Origin: Gemmatimonadaceae bacterium
GTDB lineage: Bacteria > Gemmatimonadota > Gemmatimonadetes > Gemmatimonadales > Gemmatimonadaceae
DNA: 64,000 bases
Assembly: GCA_051859245.1 (NCBI GenBank)
Contig: JBHYGA010000001.1
Location: 1,024,001-1,088,000 of the forward strand
Direction: 5' to 3'
The notes under the pieces are model-generated. The model worked only from the letters and a program-made list of their open reading frames with translations. It searched no databases and was not told the DNA's origin. Both the position numbers and the translations under genes were made by a program. Positions within the stretch are counted from its first letter, which is position 1; each line of letters opens with the position of its first letter. Positions 1-11,612 of the stretch are shown piece by piece.

Positions 1-277
1 TGTGTGGGACAACACGGTTGATGTGGCCGAGTTTACTGACGCATTTGGACAGTGGATCAAAAAGCGCTATCCGAACGTGTACACGGCGGACGCAGAAGAC
101 GCGGTGTTGCGCCGCTGGATCGCGCCCAAGGACGACACCAAGGGAAGCCCGGCACATCGTTCAATCCAGATGCAGGTGCTGCAGCAGGGTGGACGTACGC
201 TCGTTGTGATCACCGATGCGCCGTTCGGTTTGGCCGAGAATCTGATCGACGTGTCCAAGATTACGCTTGAGCAATAA
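1..277 (+). CDS. 3' end of a hypothetical protein (truncated by window edge)
   Basis: Frame open from base 2 to TAA at 275-277, 12 bp before the next CDS on the same strand. Confidence 0.6.
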   Translation, partial: VWDNTVDVAEFTDAFGQWIKKRYPNVYTADAEDAVLRRWIAPKDDTKGSPAHRSIQMQVLQQGGRTLVVITDAPFGLAENLIDVSKITLEQ

Positions 278-289
278 CGGGCGCGTGCG

Positions 290-1618
290 GTGAGCACTGA
301 GCCGAGTGTCCCGGAGAAATCGGCGACTGGCGCGACGCCTGCAGTGATCGTGCCGCCTGCGCTGCAGATCACGCCAGACGACGAAATCAAACGTCAGCGT
401 CTTGCCAGCATGAAGCGTACGGCCACCGGTATGTTGGTGGTGGTCGCGGTGCTCTTTGCCGTGTCCAAGTACTACGAGCCGTTCTACCCCTGGCTCGCCT
501 GGGTGCGCGCGTTTTCTGAAGCCGCCATGGTGGGCGGCATTGCCGACTGGTTCGCGGTGACTGCGCTGTTCAGGCATCCGCTCGGGATTCCGATTCCGCA
601 CACGGCGATCGTACCGGCGCGCAAAGACCGCATTGGTACGGCGCTGGGCAACTTTGTGCAACGCAACTTCTTGCAACGGGAAGTCGTCGCGCAAAAAATC
701 GCGGCGATGAAGCTTGGCGAGCGCGCTGCGCGCTGGCTGGCCGAGCCTGAGAACTCGCGGCGATTGGCGCGACATGTGGCAAGCGGGTTGTCTGGTGCCG
801 TGAATGTGCTCAAAGATGACGACGTGCAGGCCGTGGCTGACCGAGCGGTTGTCGCACGCTTGCGCACCATGCAGGTCGCCCCGCTCCTCGCGCGAGGCTT
901 TGAGTTGCTCACGGTTGGCGGCCGTCACCAAGGATTGCTGGATGACGCGCTGCGCCTGGCGGCGCGATTTGTCGCTGACAACGAAGAAGTGATCCGCGAT
1001 CGCATCAAGGCCGAAAGCCCGTGGTGGGTGCCCGGCATGGTGGAGAACAAGCTGCACGATCGCATTGTCACGGGTGTGGAGAACACACTCGCTGCGGTCG
1101 CTGCTGATCCTGACCATCCGCTGCGTGTGCGCTACGACGAATCGGTGCAGCGGTTTGTCGAGTCGCTGCGCTCGTCTCCGGAAGTGATTGCGCGTGCGGA
1201 ACAGCTCAAGCTGGAGTTGCTGGAGCATCCGTCGGTCGCAGACTTTTCGCGTGAAGTGTGGACCGATGTCAAGGGACGCATCACGCGCTACGCGGAGCGG
1301 CTCGCCGAGGAAGAACAGTCAGAGCCCGACGCGATCGAGCGCTGGGTGAGCGGGCTGGGTCGCAGCGTGCTGGCGGACCCCGCGCTCAGCGCCAAGGTGG
1401 ATCTGTGGATCGTGGAGCTGGTGACGTACGCGGTGGAACACGCGCGCGGCGAAGTGGCGCAACTGATCGCCACCACCGTTGCGCAGTGGGACGCCGACGC
1501 AACATCGCGCAAGATCGAACTGCAGATCGGTCGTGATCTGCAGTTCATCCGCATTAACGGAACGGTGGTAGGCGGCCTTGTGGGTCTGCTACTGCACGCG
1601 ATCGCGACGGCGCTCTGA
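290..1618 (+). CDS. DUF445 family membrane protein
   Basis: 442 aa; motifs AAMVGGIADWFAVTALFRHPLG.PIPHTAI and DLQFIRINGTVVGGLVG are typical of DUF445. Confidence 0.9.
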   Translation: MSTEPSVPEKSATGATPAVIVPPALQITPDDEIKRQRLASMKRTATGMLVVVAVLFAVSKYYEPFYPWLAWVRAFSEAAMVGGIADWFAVTALFRHPLGIPIPHTAIVPARKDRIGTALGNFVQRNFLQREVVAQKIAAMKLGERAARWLAEPENSRRLARHVASGLSGAVNVLKDDDVQAVADRAVVARLRTMQVAPLLARGFELLTVGGRHQGLLDDALRLAARFVADNEEVIRDRIKAESPWWVPGMVENKLHDRIVTGVENTLAAVAADPDHPLRVRYDESVQRFVESLRSSPEVIARAEQLKLELLEHPSVADFSREVWTDVKGRITRYAERLAEEEQSEPDAIERWVSGLGRSVLADPALSAKVDLWIVELVTYAVEHARGEVAQLIATTVAQWDADATSRKIELQIGRDLQFIRINGTVVGGLVGLLLHAIATAL

Positions 1619-4105
1619 TCGACGCATTGGCGTCTCAGCAGACGGCGCGTCATCAAGCGGCAGCACGAGGGATTCGTCTACACGATCAGCAGGCGTCACC
1701 GACGGTTTGGCCAAGAGCGCGAGATGCAGCACTTCGTCCATTGTGGCGGCGAAGGTGAACGCCATGCCAGCACGCACCTCCGCCGGCACATCACGCAAAT
1801 CCTTCTCGTTGGCCTTGGGCAGAATCACTTCGCGCAATCCAGCACGATAGGCCGCAAGTACCTTTTCCTTCACGCCACCGATCTCGAGCACTTTGCCGCG
1901 CAGTGTGACTTCGCCGGTGAGCGCGACATCACGTCGCACTGGTCGGCGTGAGAGCGCACTCGCGAGCGCGAGCGTGACCGCAATTCCAGCCGACGGTCCG
2001 TCTTTTGGAATCGCGCCAGCGGGGAAGTGCAAATGCAGATCTGATTCTCGAAAATCTGCGTCGGAGATGTTGAGTGTTGCGGCGCGCGAGCGAACAAACG
2101 AATACGCGGCGTCTACCGATTCACGCATCACACCGCCGAGCTGACCGGTCACGGTGAGTTTGCCCGTGCCCTGCATGCGCAGCGCTTCAATGGTCATGAG
2201 CTCGCCGCCGGTTGCCGTCCACGCAAGACCGGTGACCGCGCCAATCTCCGGTTCTTTCTCGGCCTCTTCCATACTGTAGCGCGGCGCGCCGAGAATATCT
2301 TCGATGCGGGCGTTATCAATGATCCACGTGCTCAGATCGCCGTCAGCCTTGGCGCGCGCGCGTTTGCGCATGACCGATGCGATGCATCGCTCAAACGTGC
2401 GCAGACCTGCTTCCCGTGAATAGCGCGAGGTGATGTGGCCGAGGACCGGTTCAGGAATTGCAAGATCGATGGGGTCGAGCCCGTGATCAGCAAGCAGTCG
2501 CGGCATGATATAGCGCTCGGCGATTTCCACCTTTTCTTCAATCGTGTATCCCGCAATGCGGATCACTTCCATGCGGTCGCGCAGCGCCGGTGGAATGTCG
2601 TACAAATTGTTGGCCGTGCAAATGAACAGCACGCTCGACAGGTCGAACGGAAGGTTCAGATAGTGATCAACGAACGAATCGTTCTGCGCCGGATCGAGCA
2701 CTTCGAGCATGGCAGCGGTGGGATCACCACTCGCGCCGCCGTTCCCCATTTTGTCGATCTCGTCAATCATGATCACGGGATCACGCACCTGCACGCGGCG
2801 CAGCGCTTGCAGCAGCATGCCAGGCATGGCGCCAACGTAGGTGCGGCGATGTCCACGGATTTCCGCTTCGTCGCGCACGCCACCAACAGAGATGCGATAG
2901 AACGCGCGACCGATGCTGTTGGCGATCGCTTCACCGAGTGATGTCTTACCGGTGCCCGGCGGGCCGACAAAACAGAGAATCGGGCCGTTCGGATCGCCGC
3001 CGCGCAGTTTGCGTACGGCCAGGTATTCGGTGATGCGTTCCTTGGCTTCGTCGAGGCCGTAATGACGGTCTTCGAGTGCCTCTTCAACTTTTTCGAGTGC
3101 GATATCCGAGTCGTTCGCGGAGCGCGCGTGCCATGGCAGGGCGAGCAGCGTGTCGAGATACGTGCGCAGCACCTGGTACTCGCTGCTGGCGGGTGAGAGC
3201 TGACGCAGACGTTCCGTTTCGCGTCGGGCTTCCTGGGCCACCTTTTCCGGCAGCTGTGCCTCTTCAATGCGGCGCAGCAGGTCGACGGATTCCTTTTCGT
3301 TCGGGTCCGCTTCGCCGAGTTCTGATTGAATGGCGCGAAGCTGCTGTCGCAGATAAAACTCTCGCTGATGCTGCTCGATCTTGACTTCCGTTTGCTTCTT
3401 CACGTCTTCCATCACGCGGGCGCGGGCGACTTCGCGCTCGAGGCGTGAGAGAATAAATCGAATGCGCTGCCCGATATCGAGGCGCTGCAGCACTTCGTCT
3501 TTGTCGGCAATGCGCAGATTCATGTTGGTGGCCGCGAGGTCGGCAAAGCGACCCGGATCGGACACGTTCATTTTGAGAATCTGCGGTACTTCGGCCGGAA
3601 TGCGTTCGATGAGTTCGGCGAGTGTCTCGGCCGCGGATACCGTGCGAGCCACCAGTTCGTCGAGCTCCACCGGATCGGCGGGCGTCTCGCGGGCGCCTTG
3701 CACCGATGCAATCGCGTACGGCTGGATCTGTTCAATGCGATCGAGGGTGATGCGTCGCAGTCCCTGCAGCGTGATCTGTACCGTGTCGCCTGGCAGGTTG
3801 ATGCGTTCGTGCACGCGCGCGGCCACGGCCACTTTGCCAACGAACACGTTGGGATCGATCGGATCTTCCTGGTCCGTGCCAGCCACGACGAGGGCCACAA
3901 TGAGGCCTGACTCTTCGTGCGCCCGAAGCAGCGCGAGATTTTCCGGGGCGCCCATCTGTACAGCGATGGTGCCGAGCGGAAATACGATCGTGGAGCGCAG
4001 GGCCATGAGCGGCAGCGTGGGCGGCAGCTCGGAGCGGAGGATCTCTTCCTTCTTTTGCCCGCGCGGCATGGGCAAAGAGGGGAATCGCGAAGCAGGTCGG
4101 GACAC
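1589..4105 (-). CDS. lon: ATP-dependent Lon protease (endopeptidase La)
   Basis: Lon N-domain, Walker [22 protein letters not shown], Walker B IMIDEIDK, catalytic PKDGPSAG and GGVKEK; the start could be the ATG 12 codons downstream. Confidence 0.95.
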   Translation of the reverse strand: MSRPASRFPSLPMPRGQKKEEILRSELPPTLPLMALRSTIVFPLGTIAVQMGAPENLALLRAHEESGLIVALVVAGTDQEDPIDPNVFVGKVAVAARVHERINLPGDTVQITLQGLRRITLDRIEQIQPYAIASVQGARETPADPVELDELVARTVSAAETLAELIERIPAEVPQILKMNVSDPGRFADLAATNMNLRIADKDEVLQRLDIGQRIRFILSRLEREVARARVMEDVKKQTEVKIEQHQREFYLRQQLRAIQSELGEADPNEKESVDLLRRIEEAQLPEKVAQEARRETERLRQLSPASSEYQVLRTYLDTLLALPWHARSANDSDIALEKVEEALEDRHYGLDEAKERITEYLAVRKLRGGDPNGPILCFVGPPGTGKTSLGEAIANSIGRAFYRISVGGVRDEAEIRGHRRTYVGAMPGMLLQALRRVQVRDPVIMIDEIDKMGNGGASGDPTAAMLEVLDPAQNDSFVDHYLNLPFDLSSVLFICTANNLYDIPPALRDRMEVIRIAGYTIEEKVEIAERYIMPRLLADHGLDPIDLAIPEPVLGHITSRYSREAGLRTFERCIASVMRKRARAKADGDLSTWIIDNARIEDILGAPRYSMEEAEKEPEIGAVTGLAWTATGGELMTIEALRMQGTGKLTVTGQLGGVMRESVDAAYSFVRSRAATLNISDADFRESDLHLHFPAGAIPKDGPSAGIAVTLALASALSRRPVRRDVALTGEVTLRGKVLEIGGVKEKVLAAYRAGLREVILPKANEKDLRDVPAEVRAGMAFTFAATMDEVLHLALLAKPSVTPADRVDESLVLPLDDAPSAETPMRRSERRRDRVQ

Positions 4106-4307
4106 GGCGGGGCTGTTGCGGGAAGTGACTCAGACTACAAAGAGTGTCGGTCGCAGGTCACATCACTGTAGCAGCGTGGAATGTACGGCTTGTTTGTGTG
4201 GGCGCAAATCGTGTGTGCAAGCCAAGTTAGGTGGCTTTGGGAACGAGGTGTTACATTGCTGGCACGGTCACAAATGTGGTGGGGGAAAACCATGCACCGG
4301 AGCACTC

Positions 4308-5210
4308 ATGCGGCGCCGCGCCTTTATCCAGCAGTCTGCCTTCGCGCTTGGCGCGGTGCCGATGATCCCCGTCTCGAGTCTTCGCGCCGAGCAGGTGCCA
4401 TTGGCAGGCGCCGAGCCATTCCAGATCTCCCTGGCGCAGTGGTCGTTTCACAAAGCGCTCTTCGCGAAACAGATGGACCATCTCGATCTCGCACGCGTAG
4501 CGCGCCGCGACTACGGCATCGAAGCGATTGAGTATGTCAACGTGTTCTTCAAGGACAATGCTACCGACGCCGCGTATCTCGCCGAGATGAACACGCGGGC
4601 GCGAGGTGAGGGTGTGTATCAGCACCTGATCATGGTCGATGGCGAAGGTGCGTTGGGTGATCCGGATAGTGCGAAGCGGACCCTGGCCGTTGACAATCAT
4701 CGCAAGTGGCTCGACGCCGCGAAGACACTGGGGTGCGCGACAATCCGCGTGAACGCGCAGAGTACGGGCACGCCTGAGGAGCAGGAGCGGCTGGCTGCAG
4801 ACGGGCTACGACGTCTCGTTGAGATCGCAGCGCCGTTGAACCTGAACGTGATTGTCGAGAACCATGGCGGCCTTTCCTCGCATGGCGACTGGCTGGTGCG
4901 TGTGATGAAGCGCGTGGATCATCCGCGCTGCGGCACGTTGCCGGACTTTGGTAACTTCTACGATTACGATCGCTACCAGGCCGTCGAAGAAATGATGCCG
5001 TACGCCAAGGCGGTGAGTGCGAAGTCGCACGACTTCGATGCCGCGGGCAACGAGACGAAGACAGACTACAAGCGCATGCTGCAGATCGTGCTGCGTGCGA
5101 AGTTCCAGTCGTGGGTGGGCATTGAGTACGAGGGGGCGACGCTATCTGAGGCGGAGGGCGTGCGCGCGACGCTCAAGCTGCTGCAACGCATGCAGGTGGA
5201 GTTGGCGTGA
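4308..5210 (+). CDS. Tat-exported sugar phosphate isomerase/epimerase (xylose isomerase-like TIM barrel)
   Basis: Start reassigned to ATG 4308 (GGAG upstream, MRRRAFIQQ twin-Arg signal); motifs ISLAQWS, VENHGG, LPDFGNF, GIEYEG. Confidence 0.85.
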   Translation: MRRRAFIQQSAFALGAVPMIPVSSLRAEQVPLAGAEPFQISLAQWSFHKALFAKQMDHLDLARVARRDYGIEAIEYVNVFFKDNATDAAYLAEMNTRARGEGVYQHLIMVDGEGALGDPDSAKRTLAVDNHRKWLDAAKTLGCATIRVNAQSTGTPEEQERLAADGLRRLVEIAAPLNLNVIVENHGGLSSHGDWLVRVMKRVDHPRCGTLPDFGNFYDYDRYQAVEEMMPYAKAVSAKSHDFDAAGNETKTDYKRMLQIVLRAKFQSWVGIEYEGATLSEAEGVRATLKLLQRMQVELA

Positions 5211-5290
5211 TCACTGCGAAGTCGAAAAGACCCGGCCGCACGCGCCACTCCACCAGATATTGCGAGCCCTGACTGCTGGCGGTCCGTCCG

Positions 5291-6721
5291 CTACGGCGTA
5301 GCCGGCTGAAACAGCACGCCAGCGGTACCAACAGCCTTCACTGTCCAACCCATCGCACGGGCCCGTTCGCGCGCAACCGCAATGTCCAGCGGCGTCACCG
5401 CATCCGGCAGGTACAGCCAACCGTTGTGCGCCGAGAACGCCATGAGCGAGCCCGGTGTGTTGGGAAGATCGAGCGGCTCAAGGTTCATGCGATATGCGCC
5501 ACTGCCAATTGTCATGCCGGATTTCACACGCGTGAGTCCGCGCACGGGTCGAGACGCGCCTTCAAAGATGCGTCGTAACGACGCTTCTGAGGCTTGTGAG
5601 ACGTACACCGGGATTCCACGGTCGACGGCGGTAAAAACGCCCCCGTTGGTGGCCGTAATGGAGGTCGCGGCGAGCACCGCTGTGATTGGTGTCGCACCAA
5701 GTGAATCGAGCAATCGTGCGCCGTATGCGTAGCTGAAGGTTGTATGGCCAGCGCCAAGCATGAGCCAGCCATCGCCGATCTTCGCAGCACCGGCCTGAAT
5801 GCCGAACGCATTGATCATCGCGAGATCGGGCGTGGCCATATTCACGGCACGTCGAACCACGTTTTCGTGCATCGGTCTGGTAGCAGTCGATGTCAGATAC
5901 ATGGCGCGCTGTTCCGGCGTAACAGCGAACGAGTCTGCAGCAAATTCCGCGTTGAAGTTCGCGCTCTGCACAGTCATGCGTTTATAGGGCACGCCAACGC
6001 GCAGAATGTCCCACTGCGCGGGAGTGCTGATTGCGCCAAACGTGCGCCACGCGGAGTACCATACTTCCACGGGCATCACACCCCAGGCGACGAGGCCAAA
6101 GTCGTTCGGGTGTCCGGCGCGAAAGCGCAGCATGGTGGGAAGCCCAGTGCCGCGGTGAAAGAACACGGTGCCACGAAAACGGCCGGCGAGCGTTGCGGTC
6201 ACGCGCGTGTGGCGTTCTCCGCCGATTACGGTGTCCGCGCCGAGCGCGAGGTCGGCCGCGTCTCGCAAGGCCAACACCAGGCGGTCGGGAGTGTACACGA
6301 ACAACTCGGCCCGCTCATCTACGTAGGCAATGCTCAGGGGTTGGACAGCGGTGCCCATGGTGGTGAGCGCAATCGAATCGCGAATCACGTTGATAATGCG
6401 GTTCGTCCCGAACTCACGCGTGTTACGCCACGCGGGGAGTGTGTAGTCCCGGACGTCGGTGTGCGGCTCGAATGACGGTTGATCCACGTACGGTACGTTA
6501 CGGAAGTTCGCGCGCTGCCACTGCGTCATCATCCGGTACGCCACGCGCTCAACGTTTCGCAGCGTCTGCTCACCACCCATGAGCGCAAGCGCACGGCTGA
6601 TCACACGATCTGCGGACACGCGAGTGGGGGCAACCGGCGTTGCCTGCGCCCCCAGCGGCGGATGGACGAACGAGACAGCGCCAACGATTGCGAGTACAGC
6701 GATCGATCGCGAGGTTGTCAT
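5291..6721 (-). CDS. Secreted hypothetical protein with a possible degenerate metallo-beta-lactamase-like C-terminal domain
   Basis: 476 aa, N-terminal signal peptide; C-terminal beta/alpha pattern resembles the MBL fold but lacks HxHxDH. Confidence 0.6.
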   Translation of the reverse strand: MTTSRSIAVLAIVGAVSFVHPPLGAQATPVAPTRVSADRVISRALALMGGEQTLRNVERVAYRMMTQWQRANFRNVPYVDQPSFEPHTDVRDYTLPAWRNTREFGTNRIINVIRDSIALTTMGTAVQPLSIAYVDERAELFVYTPDRLVLALRDAADLALGADTVIGGERHTRVTATLAGRFRGTVFFHRGTGLPTMLRFRAGHPNDFGLVAWGVMPVEVWYSAWRTFGAISTPAQWDILRVGVPYKRMTVQSANFNAEFAADSFAVTPEQRAMYLTSTATRPMHENVVRRAVNMATPDLAMINAFGIQAGAAKIGDGWLMLGAGHTTFSYAYGARLLDSLGATPITAVLAATSITATNGGVFTAVDRGIPVYVSQASEASLRRIFEGASRPVRGLTRVKSGMTIGSGAYRMNLEPLDLPNTPGSLMAFSAHNGWLYLPDAVTPLDIAVARERARAMGWTVKAVGTAGVLFQPATP

Positions 6722-6801
6722 GGCTCACGGAAGAGGAGGGGGAAGAAAACGGACCCGCCACCATACCGCGTTGCACCTCGTGCGCACTATCGTTCAAAAG
6801 G

Positions 6802-8118
6802 ATGAAGACTGACACGGACGATGTAGTATCGCAGCTGCAGCGGGCCAATGCGGCACTGACAGAAGGCCGCATGCGCGATCTGCTTTTACACACGCGCCAA
6901 GCCGCAGATTGGGCAGACGCGCGCGACTTTGTTGACGTGTCGATTCACATGCGTGTCGCGAGCATGTTGCAGGCGGCGTTTCGATTTTCCGGCGAACCGG
7001 ACATGTTCGAACGCGCACTGGCGGCCTGCGTCCGCGTTGGCGATCAGACGACGGTGCCGCAGTGGGCGATCCCGGCAAGGGCGTTAGCGGGCAACATCCT
7101 GATGATGGCAGGTCGGCTTCATCAAGCAATCGAAATGTGTGACGCGTCGCTGGCGCTCGCTCAGGCGTGTACGCTGCATGATGATCGGGTCGCATCCATG
7201 GGCCATCAGTTTCGTGGCTATGTACTCATGGAGTGGAATCGCCTGGAGGAAGCGCGAAGCAGTCTACTGACCGCGTGGCGAGTGTCCGCGGTTACCGATG
7301 CTGGTGTGCGCAGCGGCGTGGCGCGCATGATGGCGGAGCTTGAACTTGCCATTGGTGATATCGAAGCGGCGCAGCAGTGGAGCAACGATCTGGCCGCGAT
7401 TGTTTCCGAACCAATGACGCTGCGCAATCGCGAGTGGTTGGCGGCGGTTCGCACGCGCCACGGATTCGCCGTCACGCGTGATCTACGCGCACTCGATGCA
7501 TGGCAGCGCCGTCACGACTACCAGATTGACTCGCTCGTGCGCCTTGCCAAAGCCGACGTTACCGCGCGCCTGCACGAGGTCGCGCACCTGGCCACCATGC
7601 TTGAATCCACAAGACAGTGGACCACTCTGGCGCAGCTCAGCGAGGTGATCGAGCGCGGCGCGCGTGAGCTGCGAGTGGGATACGTTATCAGCGCACTGTG
7701 TGCACGTGCCGTTGCACGAGACGCGTTGGGCGCTGTGGATGAGGCGCTCGAACTGTGGCTGCAGGCGCTGGAGTACGGCGAGGCGGGCGGTTTTGTTCGC
7801 GTCTATATCGAGGGTTCGCCAGCACGCGTGCGGCTCTTGCGGCGCGCGGCCGAACATCCACGTGGCGCAACCCACGCGCGTCGTGTCCTGGACGCGGCCG
7901 GTCTGATGCATCGTGAAGACGCGCTTGTTCCGCTCACGGATCGTCAGCGCGATGTGCTGCAACTTGTGGCACGCGGACTCAGCGACCGCGAGATCGCGGT
8001 GGAGTCAGGGCTTAGCGTGGCCACGGTGAAAACGCACCTGCGTGCGGTGTATGCGCGGCTCGGCGTACGCTCGCGCACGGCTGCGGTGGCGAAGGCTGCG
8101 GGGGAGGGGATAGTCTAA
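6802..8118 (+). CDS. MalT-like helical domain plus LuxR HTH transcriptional regulator
   Basis: C-terminal LTDRQRDVLQLVARGLSDREIA...TVKTHLRAVYARLGVRSRTAAV; start taken at ATG 6802 after AAGG. Confidence 0.85.
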   Translation: MKTDTDDVVSQLQRANAALTEGRMRDLLLHTRQAADWADARDFVDVSIHMRVASMLQAAFRFSGEPDMFERALAACVRVGDQTTVPQWAIPARALAGNILMMAGRLHQAIEMCDASLALAQACTLHDDRVASMGHQFRGYVLMEWNRLEEARSSLLTAWRVSAVTDAGVRSGVARMMAELELAIGDIEAAQQWSNDLAAIVSEPMTLRNREWLAAVRTRHGFAVTRDLRALDAWQRRHDYQIDSLVRLAKADVTARLHEVAHLATMLESTRQWTTLAQLSEVIERGARELRVGYVISALCARAVARDALGAVDEALELWLQALEYGEAGGFVRVYIEGSPARVRLLRRAAEHPRGATHARRVLDAAGLMHREDALVPLTDRQRDVLQLVARGLSDREIAVESGLSVATVKTHLRAVYARLGVRSRTAAVAKAAGEGIV

Positions 8119-8213
8119 CGTACAGGTGCAGCGCGTGCGCTCGCAGCGCAACGCCCAGCCAGTGCGTTAGCCTTCCGTCAGATCATCGTCTCTCCCGCCA
8201 GCCCCCACCTCTT

Positions 8214-11200
8214 GTGAATCGCAACGCTTTGCTCGCCGCCAGCACGTGTCTGGCGCTCGCCGCTGTCTCCACGCTTTCCGCACAACCGCGCGGTGGTGCG
8301 CGGGCCGCTGGGGCCGACACCAGCTTTGGTGTCACGTGGCGCAACATTGGCCCGAATCAATCCGGTCGTATGGTAGCCGTGGCCGGCTCGACCGCGCGCC
8401 CGGATGAGTACTACATGGGCACGACCGGCGGTGGCGTGTTCAAGACCACTGACGGCGGCAAGACGGCGTTTCCGGTGACCGATGCGTACTTCGGCGGCAC
8501 CATCGGATCCATCGATGTCCAGCAGTCGAATCCGGACGTGGTGTGGGTCGGTGGCGGCGAAACGCCAATCCGAGGCAACGTGTCGCACGGCGAAGGCGTG
8601 TGGAAGAGCACCGATGCGGGAAAGACGTGGCAGTACATGGGACTGAAAGAGACGCAGTACATCTCGCGCGTACGCATTCACCCAACGAATCCCGACATCG
8701 TGTATGTGGGTGCGCTTGGACATGTGTTTGGTCCGAACAAGGAACGCGGAGTGTTTCGCACCACCGACGGCGGCAAAACGTGGCAGAACATTCTGTTTCG
8801 CAATGACTCGACCGGTGTTGCGGATATGATCCTGGATCCGAGCAATCCGAAAATCATTTACGTCACGTTCTGGCAAGCCGGTCGCAAACCGTGGCTGCTG
8901 GTGAGCGGTGGACCGCACAGCGGCATTTTCAAGACAACGGATGGTGGTGATACGTGGACGGAGATCACACGCAATCCCGGACTGCCACAAACCGGCATGC
9001 TGGGTGCGATTGGCATCACGGTGTCACCAGCCAAGCCGAGTCGGCTGTGGGCGATTGTTGAACACGAAGCAAACGGCGGCGTATATCGCAGCGATGATTC
9101 GGGCGCCACGTGGACGTTCATGACGGGCGATCGCAATCTGCGTCAGCGTTCGTGGTACTACTCCAAGTTGTACGCCGATCCGAAAGACACAAATGTCGTG
9201 TACGGTCCGCAGGTGAGTCCGCTGATTTCAAAGGACGGTGGCAAAACGTTCGTGCGCGGATTCGGCGGCGGTGACAATCACGATATCTGGATTGATCCCA
9301 CGGATCCGAAGCGCGTCGCGGTTGCGCACGACAACGGCTTGATCATCACCAAAGACGGTGGCACCACGTCAACGCGCGTGGCGGTGGCCACGGGTCAGTA
9401 CTATCACGTGCACCTGACCAATCACTTCCCGTATCACGTCTGCGGCGCCAAACAGGACGCCGGGTCATCGTGTGGACCGGTGCGTGCCGCACAGGGTGGT
9501 CGTGGTGGTTTCGGTGGCGGCGGTGGAGCGCCGGCCGCCGCGGCGTCGCCGTTCTCCGAGTTTTACGGCGTGGCCGGCGGTGAGTCGGGGTACATCTCGT
9601 CGAATCCGAAAGATCCCGACATCATGTACGGTGCGAACTACGGCGGCAGCATGGACATGCTCAATCGTCGCACGGGCAAGTCCACGTCCATCGATCCGTG
9701 GCCGCTCAATCCGATGGGCCACGATGCAAAAGACTCGAAGTATCGCTTTCAGTGGACGTACCCGATTGTGCACTCGCCACATGATGCGAACACGATCTAT
9801 GTTGGATCGAACGTCGTGTTTCGCAGCACCAACGGCGGCATTACATGGACACCGATCTCACGCGACCTGACGCGCAACGATCCGAGCACGCTTGGTCCGT
9901 CGGGCGGTCCGATCACCAAAGATCAGACGAGCGTTGAGTACTACGGCACGGTGTTCACGCTGGCCGAGTCGAAGTTGGTGAAAGGCTTGATCTGGACGGG
10001 CTCAGATGATGGCTTGATTCACGTGTCGCGCGACAACGGTGTCACGTGGAAGAACGTGACGCCGAAGGGACTGCCCGAGTGGATGCGCTGGTCGATCATC
10101 GAAGCCGGTCAGCACGCGCCAGGCACGGCGTGGGCGGCGGGCAATCGCTATCAGATGGACGACTTCACGCCGTATCTGTATCGCACCACCGACTACGGTG
10201 TGACGTGGACGAAGATCACGAACGGTATCACGGCCGATCATTTCACCCGCGCGATTCGTGAAGACTTGCATCGTCCCGGCATGGTGTACGCGGCGACAGA
10301 ACGCGGCGTGTGGGTGTCGTACGATGCGGGCAACAACTGGCAGAGTCTGCAGAAAAATCTGCCGCCAGTGCCGGTGAGTGACATGATGTTGCGCGACGAC
10401 GATCTCGCGATTTCCACGCATGGTCGTGCGTTCTGGGTAATGGAGAATCTCACACCGCTGCGTTGGGCGCCGGAACAGGAAAAGGCCGCGAGCGCGCCGT
10501 ATCTGTTCAAGCCGGTGCCGGTGTATCGCCTGAATGGTCAGGCGTCGCCCACCTTTGTGTATCGTCTCCCGGCTGATTCAATGCCGGTGACGTTCGAGTT
10601 CTTCGACAAGGCTGGCAAGTTGCTCAAGACGGTGGCGAGCACCGACAGCACGCCAACACCGGCCGCTGGTGGTGGTGGTGGTGGTTTCGGCGGTGCGGCG
10701 CAGGGCGCCAAGCCGACGTCGCGTCGCGGTGTGAATCGATTTACGTGGAGCATGCGGCATGACAACGCCGTCGTGTTCCGCGGCATGATCAACTGGGCCG
10801 GTCGTGGCGGTGCGCCTGCGATGGCGCCCGGCACGTACACCGTGAAGATGACGGCCGGCAACAGTGCACCGGTGTCGTATGCGTTTGAGGTATTGCCCGA
10901 TCCGCGTAGTGACGCGACCGTGGCCGATCTTACGGAACAAGTCCGTTTCGGATTGCAGATTCGCGATCGCGTGACGCAGGCGAATCAGGGCGTGATCGAA
11001 ATCCGCAATCTCAAGAAGGAACTTGAGGATCGCACCGCAAAGATGACGGCGAACGCGACGTTTGCTCCGATGGTGAAACGGTTTGTCGATTCACTGAGTG
11101 CGGTGGAAGACTCGCTGTATCAGACGAAGAACCAGTCCGGCCAGGATCCGCTGAACTATCCCATTCGACTCAACGATCAGATGGGCGGTTTGATGAGCTT

Positions 11201-11447
11201 TGTGATCAGCGGAGAACGCCGTCCGCCGAAGCAGGCCTACGATGTGTACAACGTGCTTGGCCCGAAGCTCGATGTGCAGGTTGCGCGCCTTGAGCGCATC
11301 ATCACGGCCGATCTGCCCAAGGTGAACGCTGCACTGAAAGCGGCGGGATTGCCGGTTATCACACGCAGCAAGGTCGAGGTGGGCGGGAGTGGGCCCACAC
11401 CGCCGGCCTTTGTGCCTGAGGAAGGGGAGAATAATCGAGGACGCTGA
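8214..11447 (+). CDS. Secreted VPS10/BNR (Asp-box) repeat beta-propeller glycosyl hydrolase-like protein
   Basis: 1077 aa, signal peptide, WRNIGP, many S/T-x-D-G-G-x-T-W Asp boxes, RFQWTYPI, coiled C-terminus. Confidence 0.85.
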   Translation: MNRNALLAASTCLALAAVSTLSAQPRGGARAAGADTSFGVTWRNIGPNQSGRMVAVAGSTARPDEYYMGTTGGGVFKTTDGGKTAFPVTDAYFGGTIGSIDVQQSNPDVVWVGGGETPIRGNVSHGEGVWKSTDAGKTWQYMGLKETQYISRVRIHPTNPDIVYVGALGHVFGPNKERGVFRTTDGGKTWQNILFRNDSTGVADMILDPSNPKIIYVTFWQAGRKPWLLVSGGPHSGIFKTTDGGDTWTEITRNPGLPQTGMLGAIGITVSPAKPSRLWAIVEHEANGGVYRSDDSGATWTFMTGDRNLRQRSWYYSKLYADPKDTNVVYGPQVSPLISKDGGKTFVRGFGGGDNHDIWIDPTDPKRVAVAHDNGLIITKDGGTTSTRVAVATGQYYHVHLTNHFPYHVCGAKQDAGSSCGPVRAAQGGRGGFGGGGGAPAAAASPFSEFYGVAGGESGYISSNPKDPDIMYGANYGGSMDMLNRRTGKSTSIDPWPLNPMGHDAKDSKYRFQWTYPIVHSPHDANTIYVGSNVVFRSTNGGITWTPISRDLTRNDPSTLGPSGGPITKDQTSVEYYGTVFTLAESKLVKGLIWTGSDDGLIHVSRDNGVTWKNVTPKGLPEWMRWSIIEAGQHAPGTAWAAGNRYQMDDFTPYLYRTTDYGVTWTKITNGITADHFTRAIREDLHRPGMVYAATERGVWVSYDAGNNWQSLQKNLPPVPVSDMMLRDDDLAISTHGRAFWVMENLTPLRWAPEQEKAASAPYLFKPVPVYRLNGQASPTFVYRLPADSMPVTFEFFDKAGKLLKTVASTDSTPTPAAGGGGGGFGGAAQGAKPTSRRGVNRFTWSMRHDNAVVFRGMINWAGRGGAPAMAPGTYTVKMTAGNSAPVSYAFEVLPDPRSDATVADLTEQVRFGLQIRDRVTQANQGVIEIRNLKKELEDRTAKMTANATFAPMVKRFVDSLSAVEDSLYQTKNQSGQDPLNYPIRLNDQMGGLMSFVISGERRPPKQAYDVYNVLGPKLDVQVARLERIITADLPKVNAALKAAGLPVITRSKVEVGGSGPTPPAFVPEEGENNRGR

Positions 11448-11612
11448 CTGTTTCGCCCGCGCAACAGCTGGGCGTGCATAGCCCACGAGGTTGCGGTCAA
11501 TACGACCGATTTGTTCGCTCGAGCACAGTCAGTATCGCAGCAGATGCAGCTCTAGTATCGGCCTCCGTTCGTCAAGAATCGCGTAACTGTATTCAAGATA
11601 ATCGTTTAACTC

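Noticed and set aside
161..1228. Long antisense ORFs (also 38097..39161, 52939..54237, 57129..58460, 61848..62603)
   Set aside because: They mirror well-supported genes, have no motifs, and are expected in high-GC DNA
3381..4307. N-terminal 309 aa of the 609-aa ORF 3381..5210
   Set aside because: Antisense shadow of lon plus spacer; the real gene starts at ATG 4308 with an RBS and Tat signal
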